Source: an uncultured delta proteobacterium (lineage in GTDB: Bacteria; Desulfobacterota; Binatia; UBA9968). From it: a stretch of DNA of 64,000 nt. The DNA lies in NCBI GenBank assembly GCA_963737905.1, contig CAVTUQ010000043.1:12555-76554 (forward strand), read 5' to 3'. Positions within the stretch are counted from its first letter, which is position 1; each line of letters starts with the position of its first letter. A model generated the notes under the pieces. It was not told the DNA's origin, did no database searches, and was given only the letters and a program-made list of their open reading frames with translations. A program made the position numbers and the translations under genes. Of the stretch, positions 31,473-42,069 are shown one piece after another.

Positions 31473-33992
31473 CTACCGGTTTCTTATCGAGCCTGCTTTC
31501 TTGGAAGATTTAATTGGTTTGGGCTGGACCAGACTTTTGGGTTGGACCAGACTCTTGGATTGGACCAAAGCTAAGGAGATAGGAATGAGCAGGAAATAGC
31601 ATAGTGCTCCGATAATCAGAGTCGCCGTAATTCCCAGCGCGAGGCTAATTGCAATGGCACTGATGGAGGCGAGCACGCCCGCTGCGCCGTTGATCCCCCA
31701 GAACCAAGGCGTGGGTCTGGAATCGATCGAGGCGATGAGCCGCATGCCTGTAGGGAAACCAAACCCAAGTAAAAGCCCGGCCGGCGTGATGGACAACACG
31801 CATATCACAATCCGGACGGGTAGCGTGGCGTCATTGAAAGCTGCAAATAGGTTACCCAAGGCAAACGGCAAGATCATCAAGTAGCCGCCTGTTAAGATGG
31901 CCCAAGTTGTAATCTTAACCCGGTTATCAAGTGTCAAATTTTCTGAGAGGAAACTGCCCATACCTGTTGTTAGTATTAGGCTGAAGAGAAGAACGGCCAG
32001 GGAATAGATGGGATGGCCAAGGAATACGGTCATGCGTTGGAGTAACCCGATTTCGACCATCATAAAACCGATACCGATCAACGCAAAGTACAGTGTCCCC
32101 CGAGTCGCTACCGCACGGCCAACGTCTTTAAGCGCCGGACGCAGCGGTACAATGATTGCTGCCATGACGAATATCAACGAGATAAAAAACAAAACAAGCA
32201 ATGTGATCGTGGCCACCAAATTTCCTTGCCTTACGCCGCCCCCCTGGGGGCCCCTTGCGAGCATAGTTTTCGCGTGAGCGAGCGCCTGGAACGGGCGGGA
32301 AAGAGGCAATTGATTGAAAAAAAACGGCCGGTCATCTGTGGGGGGCGTCAGGTCAAACTCAAGGCTTGATGTATAACTGTCGAGTGATTTTCGATCAACG
32401 GCGGTTATTATCCGGAGACAACGTGTCGGAACCAGGCACACGGCGAGGACTCAGCAATACGCTATGCTGATATTCCGCCGCTGCTGTCTCCAGGTTTTCG
32501 ACGTCGCTCGCGGAGAAAGGCGATTTAGACAAGACCAGAGTAGCGACCGTACCCTGCGAAGCGAGAAACACATGGCGGCTGGGATCGGCGATCCCCATCT
32601 CCATTAGCGTTGCCACAGCTAAACTGATCAGTCTTCCGGTTTCATCGGGAACTGAAGGGTCGTACCACCGGCTGACGGTCAAAACACCTCTCGGCGTCAA
32701 TCGATTGAGAAAAATCTTCCAGGCTTCGACCGTATAGAGGCCGTTTTCGCTCAGGGTAAAAGCCCCAGCCCCCGTTGCAGCCCAGGTGTCAACCAAGCTC
32801 ATCTGGATGAGGTCGAAAGACTCCTGGCTTCGGGCGAGCCAGCTTCTTCCCTCATCCAGTACAAAGTTAACTCCCGGCAACGCGGCCACGTTGTTGAAAT
32901 CGAGAAAGTCGGGCTCTCGAGTCAAGAGCTGAACGAAAATAGGATTGATCTCCACGCCGGTAATTTTCTTCCGGCCGAAAAGAGCCGCGGATAAAATGTC
33001 TCGCCCGGCACCGACGCCAATCACAAGGACCCGCTCGCGATCGGGGAGAAAATAGGCAAGATTCGTGACGTCATATCTGTAGAAACGCTACCTCATCCAA
33101 ATTGCCGGTAAAGCGATAGGCATAGGTGGCTGCGTCGCCGTCGATGTTTAAGATCGTTTGATAAACAGACCATTTATTGTCAAACATCTTAGGCGATGGA
33201 CCCCACATTTCCGGTATGCCTCGTTTCACCTGCTCCACAACGACCCGCGAGAAGGAGTTCCATTGCTTGAATAGATGCGATCCCGGAAATTCGAATTTAC
33301 CCTTTACGGCTATAGGCTGGAGACCATGGTCTGTGTGGGGATTAATCAGAGCGCATAGGACGAGGACGGAAAGAATCCAGTAATGATGCTGCAGGCACGA
33401 ATGCAGCGGTGGCTTTTGATCCGGTGCTTTACCAATGCCGGAACCAGAAAAAGCCAGCGCCGCTGCCGCCATCAAAGGCTGCGACCCACAAAACGGCCGA
33501 GGGACCATCGGTGAAATTTAGAAGCAATAGCGCCCCTAGGCAACCGATGGCCGCACCTAATAAATCGACTCCGTAAACCCGTGGCCAACCGGAAAAGGAC
33601 TGCGGGTTAGCGCGAGACTCACCACCACGCCGGAGAAGAAAAATGGGATGGACAAACAGATGGCAAGCTCAGTCCATATCCAGAGTGTCGTCATTGCCCC
33701 GCTAATGACGGGCGCTAGTGTCATTTGCACGGCTAGACAAATCGCAGCGGCGAAGGCAAATAGCCCGCTAAAATAGGACAGGTCATAGGATAAAGTCTTT
33801 TCCGTGAATCGGTCACGGCGCAAGTAAACCCAAACGGCCCCGACCGTCAAGCCAAACATAGCTAGGCTAATCACGAAAAATGCCAAGTGATACCAGACCA
33901 CGACGGAAAGAATACGTGTCTGGATGATCTCCAGCATTAAGGTGGAAGAGCTAATAAGGAACACACCGAGATAGAAAAAAAGTGGTCGTCAT
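31473..33992 (-). CDS. Membrane-flanked spermidine-synthase-like SAM-dependent transferase, several frameshifts
   Basis: Fragments 33557..33964 (LEIIQTRILS), 33071..33508 (WNSFSRV, IDGDA), 32395..33024 (IGVGAGRD, GVEINP, DEGRS, ENGLYT), 31473..32441 (TDDRPFF, WFWGING). Confidence 0.75.
31522..31567. repeat. 18-bp coding tandem repeat (x3, degenerate)
   Basis: Encodes LVQSKS-LVQPKS-LVQPKP at the protein C-terminus. Confidence 0.7.
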
Positions 33993-34127
33993 TACGGTTT
34001 CTGGGCTAAACCCGTTGGTGGTTTACCATTGAGGGATACACCCAAACAAACCGATATCAAGATTGCATTTGTTTGGGAAGCAGGATATCGATGAAGCGAA
34101 GACGGAGGAATTCCCGTTAGAGCAAAA

Positions 34128-35843
34128 ATGACCAATCGAGCGACGGTGAGGCGCCGCCAGCGCAAAAGGCAAAACTCTGTAAGAGCAGCCGATGCAGGGC
34201 GAACCGTCATGGGACGCCCTATCGTGCTTATAGTCCTTGGCGGCCTACTGGTGGCGGGGGTCATTACCCGTATCCATTTACTCGATAGAAGCTTGTGGCT
34301 GGACGAAGCCTGGGTGGCCAACTCGATCCGCGCTCCAACCCTACACCAAGCGCTCTATTACGATGATTGGTTGCAGACGACCCCACCACTTTTTATCGCA
34401 CTCAGCCGCCTCATCACGGTTCTTATTGGGACGTCGAATGTCGCTTTTCGAGCGCTCCCCGCGCTGTCCGGAATCGTCTCCGTGCTTGTTTTTTCCTTTA
34501 TTGCTTTAAGACTCTTAAAACCCAGTTTCGCGATGATCGCGATCTTGTTGTTTGTTTTTAGCCCGCGAGTGATCCTCTATAGCCAGTCAGTCAAGCAATA
34601 CAGTACGGATGTGCTTTCCACGACCAGCCTGCTGGTGCTCGGATACCTTTATATCGAGAAGCGCGACGATCGCTCGTTCTACTTGTTATTGGCAACTTTT
34701 GCTGTGCTTAGCTTTCTTTCCTATCCTGCGATGCTGTTTTTACCCTTTCTCCTTTACGCCGCTACGACCGGAGTTGATTTGCAGTCGAGACCTAAGGACA
34801 CCCAAGCGGCAATTCGTCCGAAGTGGCTCCGGGTTTTCGTGGTGGTCGCGCTCGCAGTTCTTGTACCCGTGACCAACTACTTATTTTTTATTGCACCGAA
34901 TAAGACTTCGGCGCTGACTGAGTTTTTTCCGGAGGGTTTTTATCAGGGGCACACTCTAGCTGAGTTTTTGGAGTTCTATGGGACCCGGCTTCTGACCCTG
35001 ACGGGGATGTTTTTCTTCGGGGGTCCGGGCGTTTTACGCTTTGTTACGGTATGCATCACAGTTATCGGGTTCATTCATTTGTGGGTGTCTCAAACAAAGT
35101 GGCCGCACCCCGAAACCTTCCAGACGGCTGTTCTGTTGACGGCGCCGATTGCGGGGGTCGTCGGTCTGAATATGCTCGGATTTTTTCCCTTGCCGGGTTT
35201 CCACCACCGGCTCTTGCTCTTTGTATTTCCGATTACCACCTTGGCGTCTTGCCTCGGATTGCAGTTTCTTGCAAATCTGACTTCGGGCTTCCTAACGTCT
35301 CGATTGGCAAACGTTAAAGCGACATCGGTGGAAAACGTCCTTGGATCTGTTCTCTTTGTCGGGCTGCTTGGTTTAGTATTGCTGTTCTTTAGTACCTTCG
35401 GTATGAAGCCCTTTTTTGCGGAAGAATACGAAGACAGTGAGGAAGCTATTGCTTATCTTGCGCAACGGGTTCAGGCGAACGACGTCCTCTATATTTATGC
35501 GGCTATGCGAGAACAATTCAAGCTATACGGTAGAACACTGCCACCCGCGACAAACATTTTTTATGGAAAGATTGGTACGCCCTGTTGTCCCCGAAAGAAT
35601 TATCGCAGTCCCAAGCAAGAATCCGCAGGCGATGTTATCCGCGAGGTCTCGGCGTTAAGTGACGCGGCAGCGGGGCGATCCCTATGGCTTTTAGTTACAG
35701 ATCGTCCTCTTCACTGGCTTTATCTACAGCGTAACGATATTGAAATACTTGACCGCGGTCTCGCAAATAAAGGTTGCGAAAAGACCGAAGAAGCAAAATT
35801 CGCGGGGGTTTACATCGGTCACTTCAGATGCAAGCCGAAATAG
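34128..35843 (+). CDS. GT-C glycosyltransferase (PMT/GT39-like)
   Basis: RSLWLDEAW, PPLF, YSQSVKQYS motifs; multiple TM segments. Confidence 0.82.
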   Translation: MTNRATVRRRQRKRQNSVRAADAGRTVMGRPIVLIVLGGLLVAGVITRIHLLDRSLWLDEAWVANSIRAPTLHQALYYDDWLQTTPPLFIALSRLITVLIGTSNVAFRALPALSGIVSVLVFSFIALRLLKPSFAMIAILLFVFSPRVILYSQSVKQYSTDVLSTTSLLVLGYLYIEKRDDRSFYLLLATFAVLSFLSYPAMLFLPFLLYAATTGVDLQSRPKDTQAAIRPKWLRVFVVVALAVLVPVTNYLFFIAPNKTSALTEFFPEGFYQGHTLAEFLEFYGTRLLTLTGMFFFGGPGVLRFVTVCITVIGFIHLWVSQTKWPHPETFQTAVLLTAPIAGVVGLNMLGFFPLPGFHHRLLLFVFPITTLASCLGLQFLANLTSGFLTSRLANVKATSVENVLGSVLFVGLLGLVLLFFSTFGMKPFFAEEYEDSEEAIAYLAQRVQANDVLYIYAAMREQFKLYGRTLPPATNIFYGKIGTPCCPRKNYRSPKQESAGDVIREVSALSDAAAGRSLWLLVTDRPLHWLYLQRNDIEILDRGLANKGCEKTEEAKFAGVYIGHFRCKPK

Positions 35844-35899
35844 AGAAGCCCGCGTCACGATGAAGGGCGATCGCTGTTGTTGCTGAAGTTGGCTGGTGG

Positions 35900-36643
35900 G
35901 TGCCACAGGTGGATCTTGACCTCTCTGTTATAATCCCGGCGTATAACGAGGCTGAAAGGATTATTCCGACGCTGCAGCGAATCAACGATTATCTCAGGGG
36001 TAGCTCTTTCAGCTCCGAAATACTGGTTGTTCTGGACGGACCAACGGATAACACGCTTGGCGTATTGCGGGAAGTCTCGGAAAAAGTTCCAAATCTGAGG
36101 ATCTTGGAGCGACATCGAAATCGTGGCAAAGGCTACACGGTTAGAGAAGGGATGTTGAAGGCCTCTGGGCGATTGCGGCTTTTTTGCGATGCGGACAATT
36201 CCACGGATATCGCCCATTTCGACAACATGATACCGCTTTTCGAAGAAGGCTATGAGATCGTCATTGCGTCGCGCCATTCCAAAGACGCTGCCGGAGCACA
36301 ACAGACCATTTCGCAACCGAGATACAAGCGGATCATCGGACAATTGGGCAATATCGTTGTCCAGTCCGTTGCCGTACGTGGAATTTGGGATACACAGTGC
36401 GGCTTTAAAGCTTTTCGCGCGGAAGCGGCGAAGCGGATATTCTCTCAAACTGTGATTGATGGGTGGGGCTTCGATATCGAGGTCTTCGCGCTGGCGCGCG
36501 TCTTAAATTACAAGATTGGTATTATTCCCGCCCATTGGGTAAACGATCCAAGAAGTCATGTTCGATCCATCGACTATTTACGAGTTTTCGGTGATACGCT
36601 TCGCGTGCGGATCCGGCTAATGGCCCGCAAATACAATGTCTAA
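35900..36643 (+). CDS. GT2 dolichyl/polyprenyl-phosphate glucosyltransferase-like (ALG5/DPG synthase type)
   Basis: LSVIIPAYNEAERI, NRGKGYTVREGM, FCDADNST, DTQCGFKAF, GWGFDIE. Confidence 0.88.
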   Translation: MPQVDLDLSVIIPAYNEAERIIPTLQRINDYLRGSSFSSEILVVLDGPTDNTLGVLREVSEKVPNLRILERHRNRGKGYTVREGMLKASGRLRLFCDADNSTDIAHFDNMIPLFEEGYEIVIASRHSKDAAGAQQTISQPRYKRIIGQLGNIVVQSVAVRGIWDTQCGFKAFRAEAAKRIFSQTVIDGWGFDIEVFALARVLNYKIGIIPAHWVNDPRSHVRSIDYLRVFGDTLRVRIRLMARKYNV

Positions 36644-36789
36644 GGAAATCTAAAGGGTCAAGAGTTCAGGCTTTTACATTATGGTTTCAAATGCGCTATG
36701 TTCCGGACTGATCTTTTTCTTTTTGCTGCTTTGTTTTTAAACAATCGGCAGAACTGTGACTTCCACTCATAAGCTTTTTCACTCCTGCA

Positions 36790-38874
36790 ATGGTAAGTAG
36801 GGCCAGGCCGATAAGATTAGTGACAAAGGCCAGGAAAAGCTCGGCGGCAGCGGAGGTGCGAAAACTAGCGGCTCAAAAGTCGCCAAGCAACACAACTATA
36901 TCCCTTCGAGTTCTGGTATCGATTGCACTGGGAATTGGCCTGACTTTTATAGTGGTCGTTCTCGGCACGATTAGGGAGCTGTCGCCCACCTTCGACGAGC
37001 CGGTTCATGTCCTCGCGGGTTACTCCTATCTCAAGTGGAAAGATTACAGGGTTAATCCGGAGCATCCGCCATTGGCAAAGGCTCTGGCGGCGCTACCGTT
37101 GCTTGCCTTGGATATTAAGGACCCGCGCCCCGGGAACTCAGACTGGGACCGCATTCCGAAGCAGCAACCTGGAATTCCAACGGTTAAATTCGCGCGCGAA
37201 CTGCTGTTTGTTCACAACGATGGCGCAAAGCTTTTCCAGTACGCGAAGCTGCCCTTTGTGATTCTTACCGTAGTTCTTGGACTGTTTGTTTTTCTCTGGA
37301 GCTTACAATGGTTTGGCCCAGTCGCAGCGGTCGCCTCCCTCATGCTTTTCGCCACCGATCCCAATATCATCGCTCACAGCACGCTCGTTCACACCGACAT
37401 GCCTTTCACCGCGTTCTTTTTCATCGGCACCTATTTTTTTCAACGCGCGCTTTCTAGGCGGCGTTGGCCGGACGGGCTACTGACGTGTGTTCTTTTTTCC
37501 TTGGCAGCGATCACAAAATTTTCTTCCGCTGGGATTATGGCGAGCTGGAGCCTTGCGGGTTTAGTTTGGCTCCTTCAGCCTGCTTCATCGCACGATTCTC
37601 AGTCAGGCAATGCCGCTACTCGAAGTCGCAAGCTGCTCGTGGTTTCGGGAATACTACTCGGAAGTCTGCTCGGTGCGTATTTATTCACCTGGGCGGCCTA
37701 CGGTTTTCGATTTGCGGCGATACCCGGAACTGAAGCGTCATTTTCCATGGCGCCGGTTATGCCGGAAACCACGCCTTTGCTTGTGCAGAAAGCGGTCTCT
37801 TTTTTAACTCGGTTTCATCTACTGCCCGAGGCGTGGATCTATGGCGAGCTTCATACTCTCACGTTTCTTAGACGCACAGCCTTTCTGTTAGGCGAGTTCT
37901 CCGAAGAAGGTTTTTGGCTTTACTTTCCGGTTGCTTTCCTGGCAAAGACACCGCTTCCTACTCTTATATTGGTCCTTCTCTCTATCGCCGGCTTGCTGAC
38001 TCGCCGGTACGACCACGAGAGACCGATCTTTACTCTTTGGGCTCCGGTGTTGGTTTATTTTTCCATCGCGGTTTGGGCCCGAATGAATATCGGCATACGT
38101 CACATCCTTCCCGTCTATCCGTTCCTATTCGTGTTGGCTGGTGGGAGCGCCGCCGCGCTTTGGAACAGCCGCATCGCATGGAAGCGAGGTTGTCTTGCAT
38201 TAATCGGCGGGTGGGCTCTTTGGGGCTCCCTCGCCACCTATCCCAATTATATCGAGTATTTCAACGAGGCTGCCGGCGGTCCGAAGAACGGCCACAATAT
38301 TTTGTTGGACTCCAACTTGGATTGGGGGCAAAACTTAAAGAGTTTGAAGTCCTGGATGGACGAACACGGCGTGAAGAGTATCTTGCTTCTTTATTTCGGC
38401 CAGGCCGAGCCGGCCTCCTATGGGATCGACGCGATTCACATTCCGGGAAGTCTCGTTCGGCCGAGGACGTCAAAGCGCTCAGATTCGAGCATTCCGTACG
38501 TTCTCGCCGTTAGCGCAAATCACTTCTATGCAGGCCAAGTTTACTCCACGACAGCGGAAGCCGACTTTATCCGATCATTTCGGCTGAAAGAACCGGTGGC
38601 AACCATCGGCCATTCGATCCTGGTCTTCAAGCTCGACCCGTCCGATCCCCAGACTAACTATACACTCGGAACCATTATGGCACTGCGTGGTGAAGTTTCC
38701 CTAGCCGAGGAACTGTTTCGTAAAGTCCTGGTGGTGCTCCCTTCGTCTGCAAGGGTTCACGAAGCGTTGGCCCAGGTCCTTGCCTTGCAGGAAAAACTCA
38801 CCGAAGCCGAGTATCACTACAAGCAGGCAATAGCGATCTATCGTTCCCGGCCCACCCATCCGGATTCACGATAG
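36790..38874 (+). CDS. GT-C (ArnT-like) glycosyltransferase with short C-terminal TPR
   Basis: TFDEPVH, NPEHPPLAK, HTD, GIRHILP, DSNLDWGQ motifs. Confidence 0.82.
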   Translation: MVSRARPIRLVTKARKSSAAAEVRKLAAQKSPSNTTISLRVLVSIALGIGLTFIVVVLGTIRELSPTFDEPVHVLAGYSYLKWKDYRVNPEHPPLAKALAALPLLALDIKDPRPGNSDWDRIPKQQPGIPTVKFARELLFVHNDGAKLFQYAKLPFVILTVVLGLFVFLWSLQWFGPVAAVASLMLFATDPNIIAHSTLVHTDMPFTAFFFIGTYFFQRALSRRRWPDGLLTCVLFSLAAITKFSSAGIMASWSLAGLVWLLQPASSHDSQSGNAATRSRKLLVVSGILLGSLLGAYLFTWAAYGFRFAAIPGTEASFSMAPVMPETTPLLVQKAVSFLTRFHLLPEAWIYGELHTLTFLRRTAFLLGEFSEEGFWLYFPVAFLAKTPLPTLILVLLSIAGLLTRRYDHERPIFTLWAPVLVYFSIAVWARMNIGIRHILPVYPFLFVLAGGSAAALWNSRIAWKRGCLALIGGWALWGSLATYPNYIEYFNEAAGGPKNGHNILLDSNLDWGQNLKSLKSWMDEHGVKSILLLYFGQAEPASYGIDAIHIPGSLVRPRTSKRSDSSIPYVLAVSANHFYAGQVYSTTAEADFIRSFRLKEPVATIGHSILVFKLDPSDPQTNYTLGTIMALRGEVSLAEELFRKVLVVLPSSARVHEALAQVLALQEKLTEAEYHYKQAIAIYRSRPTHPDSR

Positions 38875-38899
38875 ACTTACTTAAACAACAGGAAAGCTC

Positions 38900-39646
38900 T
38901 CAGAGGTAATGGAGCGTGGCTTTTCCAGACGACAGGCTTGTCTCCGCTTCATTGATCCGGCTCGCCGTTCCAACATCTTGCCAGAAACCGTCGAAGCGAA
39001 AGCCGAAGAGCCTTTCTTGCTGCAGCAGCATCCGAGGATAGGTGTCCTTGGTTGTGCTGAACTTTCGAACGCCGTCATCTGACTCCATGTAGTCGAAGAC
39101 CCGCGGCTCCAAGATCTGAACGCCCGTGAACATGAGCTTCGTGGTGGGACCAGAAACTACGGTGGAGATTCGTGCCTGGAGGAATCGATGGATTCTTCCA
39201 TCGCTGTCGATTTCCATCGAGCCGTACTGGTCCGCCAAAGGATCCGGCCGCAGAACCAATGTGGCGGCAGCTCCCTTTTCTTCGTGGAAGGCAATGAGTT
39301 CGCTGAGCGATAGATCGATCAGCACATCGGTATTGATCACGATAAAGGTGCCGTCCTGAAGAAATGGTCTGGCTTTGAGCAGACCTCCGCCCGTATCCAA
39401 TAGCTCGGGTTCTTTAGAATAAGTGATTTGCAATCCCAATTGCTTGCCATCGCCAAGATACTTTTCAATCTGGTCGCCCAGATGATGTAGGTTGATGACA
39501 ATGTCACGAATGCCGTAGCGTTTAAGGAGCAGTAGGGAATAATCAATCATCGGCCTGCCGGCCACCGGCACCAGGGCCTTGGGTGTCCGCTGGGTGAGGG
39601 GATGGAGTCGTGTTCCCTGGCCGGCCGCGAGCACCATCGCCTTCAT
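38900..39646 (-). CDS. Nucleotidyltransferase, MurU-like (MurNAc-alpha-1-P uridylyltransferase)
   Basis: MKAMVLAAGQGTRL, PKALV, LDTGGG, WQDVGT; overlaps stop of the AmgK-like kinase as in amgK-murU operons. Confidence 0.8.
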   Translation of the reverse strand: MKAMVLAAGQGTRLHPLTQRTPKALVPVAGRPMIDYSLLLLKRYGIRDIVINLHHLGDQIEKYLGDGKQLGLQITYSKEPELLDTGGGLLKARPFLQDGTFIVINTDVLIDLSLSELIAFHEEKGAAATLVLRPDPLADQYGSMEIDSDGRIHRFLQARISTVVSGPTTKLMFTGVQILEPRVFDYMESDDGVRKFSTTKDTYPRMLLQQERLFGFRFDGFWQDVGTASRINEAETSLSSGKATLHYL

Positions 39647-40720
39647 CGCATTTCCTCGTAGTGCTCCGCCAGCATCGGAATGAGCCTTTCCGTCTGCGGC
39701 AGGCGGCCGAAATTTTGCTTCAATCGCCGCAGGGTCGGCGGAATGAATCTTTTATAGATAGTTTTCCCTTTGACGACGTCCAGATAGTAAAAGCGCCCCA
39801 CCACCTTCAGGTCCCTTTGAATCGCGGAGAGCAAATACATCTCGGTAAATTCGTCTCGGTTGATGGGTTGCTTTTCCCAATCGGTTCTTCTGTCCACGTA
39901 GTAACCCACCAGTTTTTCTTCAAGGTCCGGCCGAATGATGCTGTCGGTAATGCGATCGTTAAGAAGCGAGGCAAGATCATACTGCGGCGGCGCCAGCAGG
40001 GCATCTTGGAAGTCGATCACGGCCACAGCTTCGTCGTGAATCATGAGGTTCCAGCTGTGATAATCGCGATGGCTCAAACAGGGAGGCAGGCTATCCAGGC
40101 GCCGGGCGATCTCGACGAAAACGCTTCTCAGCTCTTTCTTTGAAGTCTGGTTGATGTTGGGTTCCCGGCTGCTTTTCTAAACCGTACTCCAGGAAATGGT
40201 CAAACTCCCACATGTACAGACGAAAATCGAAGCGCTGTTGAAAGGCTACACAAGAGTCGTCGCGCTCTTTGGTTCCTCGGATTTGTAGTAGCAGCAGCTC
40301 GTCGATCGCTTTTTGGTACCATGACAAGACTTCCGATGGCGGCAGACCTTGCACTCTGTCCCATAGAGCCAGATCGCCCAGGTCTTCCAAGAACAGAAGC
40401 CCTTCGTCCAGCGATGGGTCATAAAGTCTCGGCACGCTGACGCCGATCCGACTCAGAAAGCGGTGTACGCTAAGAAAAGGCAACTCCTTGAGCGGTTCTT
40501 TGAAGACGGCCAACTCTTCGGAAGAAAGAGGTAAGACACTCCCACTGGGTAGTTTCATGATGATGACCGAGGACGGCGTGCCGGGGCCGGTGAGGTGAGC
40601 ACGGTAATAGCGGCGGCTAGAGGCGTCTCCAGCCAGACCGGCAAACGACGCAATGACGGTCTGCTCGTCAAAGAGCGCGCGCAGCTTTTCCGCAATGAGG
40701 TCTTTGAGTTGTTCGCTCAC
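39643..40720 (-). CDS. AmgK-like aminoglycoside-phosphotransferase-family kinase, frameshift near 40160
   Basis: GTG start after AAAGGAGG; GDASSRRYYR, LEDLGD, HRDYHSWN, IDFQDA, YDLASLL. Confidence 0.82.
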
Positions 40721-40781
40721 CGGCGAGCCTCCTTTGGTTGCCGCTCCGTTGACTTGTTTGATAAGCGTAGGGTACCTATTC

Positions 40782-40796
40782 ACCGACCCCGTCGGC
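40782..40796 (-). promoter_or_regulatory. Candidate bacterial SECIS hairpin
   Basis: GCCGAC-GGG-GUCGGU on the minus strand; G-rich apical loop begins 18 nt after the UGA. Confidence 0.6.
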
Positions 40797-40799
40797 GGT

Positions 40800-41030
40800 T
40801 TAAACCTCTCAGCTACCGCCGAACCCGATTGTAACCTTGCCGGCTTCAACAATGACCGGTATCTGCCGGCGGCCGTTCGAATGCTTGAGCATCTGCTGTA
40901 GTTTGTCGTCGTCTTGGAGGACGTTGATGTATTCGAAGGGAATCTTCCGGCGGGAGAAATCCTCACGGGCTCTCGAAGTATAGGGGCAAAGATCATGACC
41001 AAAAATCAGCACTTTCTCGATCGACATCAT
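40800..41030 (-). CDS. Glutaredoxin-like UXX-star-type selenoprotein (TGA at 40809-40811 read as Sec)
   Basis: CPYT, IPVIV, GFGGS then TGA GAG GTT TAA (U-E-V-stop) with a downstream hairpin. Confidence 0.8.
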
Positions 41031-41232
41031 CTGTGGCTCCTGCGGATCAGTGACGGCTCATTGCGATTATCGATTCAAACAGACCTAGCTTAACGGGCGG
41101 GCGGTAAATTGCAAGGAACACCTTGACTGTGCTAGCTTGCCGCGACCCGTCTTCTCGGCTCAGCCAGTGTCACGAGATCGCGCGCATAACCCGCTGAGGT
41201 TATTAACGGGCGGCACTTACCGCTCTCTTTCT

Positions 41233-42069
41233 ATGGCCGGCATTCTTTACATCGTTGCCACTCCCATCGGTAATCTCGAAGACATCACCTTGCGGGCGCT
41301 GCGAGTGCTTAAAGAGGTCGATGTGATCGCCGCCGAGGACACGCGTCACACGCAGATTCTTCTGAGTCATCACGACATTCATACGCCGCTAACCAGCTAT
41401 CATGAGCACAACGAGAAAACCAAAGCCCGGGAGCTGGTTACACGGCTGGCACGGGGTCAGACTATTGCCCTGGTGTCTGATGCGGGTACGCCATCGATCT
41501 CCGACCCGGGCTTTCGATTAGTCGTACAAGCTATCCGTGCCGGGGTGCGGATCATTCCGATACCCGGTGCCTCAGCTCTGACCGCTGTTCTGAGCGCCAG
41601 CGGCTTGCCTACGGATAGATTCATCTTCGAGGGCTTTCTGCCAGCCAAGAAAAAGCAGAGGCGGGAAAGACTCCAGGCCCTGCGCAATGAAACCCGGACG
41701 TTGATCCTTTACGAAGCCCCGCATCGGCTGAAAGACGCTCTCGACGACATTCACGAGTTGCTAGGAAATCGCGATGCGGTGCTGGCTCGAGAAGTGAGCA
41801 AGATCCATGAGGAGTTTCTGCGCGGGCCTATAGGCGAGCTGGTCCGCGCGCTCGGAGCCGGTGAGATTCGCGGAGAAGTGACGCTCATCGTCAGCGGCGG
41901 GGCAAGTGCATCCCGCGTTAACGAGGATCTGTTGAAAGCTGAAATTCGCGAGCTCGAAGGCAAGGGGTTGCGGGTTAAGGAAATCGCTGAGGTCTTGGGG
42001 GAAAAATTCGGTTACCCCAAAAAGGAAATTTATCGCTTAGCACTGCAGCGACAAAAGGTCAGCCCTTAA
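41233..42069 (+). CDS. rsmI: 16S rRNA C1402 2'-O-methyltransferase
   Basis: LYIVATPIGNLEDITLRAL, AAEDTR, LVSDAGTPSISDPG, FEGFLP, YEAPHR. Confidence 0.95.
   Translation: MAGILYIVATPIGNLEDITLRALRVLKEVDVIAAEDTRHTQILLSHHDIHTPLTSYHEHNEKTKARELVTRLARGQTIALVSDAGTPSISDPGFRLVVQAIRAGVRIIPIPGASALTAVLSASGLPTDRFIFEGFLPAKKKQRRERLQALRNETRTLILYEAPHRLKDALDDIHELLGNRDAVLAREVSKIHEEFLRGPIGELVRALGAGEIRGEVTLIVSGGASASRVNEDLLKAEIRELEGKGLRVKEIAEVLGEKFGYPKKEIYRLALQRQKVSP

Noticed and set aside
33992-34321. 109-aa minus-strand ORF
   Set aside because: Largely antisense to the GT-C gene at 34128 and spans a divergent promoter region; no motifs
40721-41002. N-terminal extension of kinase ORF 40091..41002
   Set aside because: Overlaps the glutaredoxin-like gene in another frame; a strong RBS precedes GTG 40720
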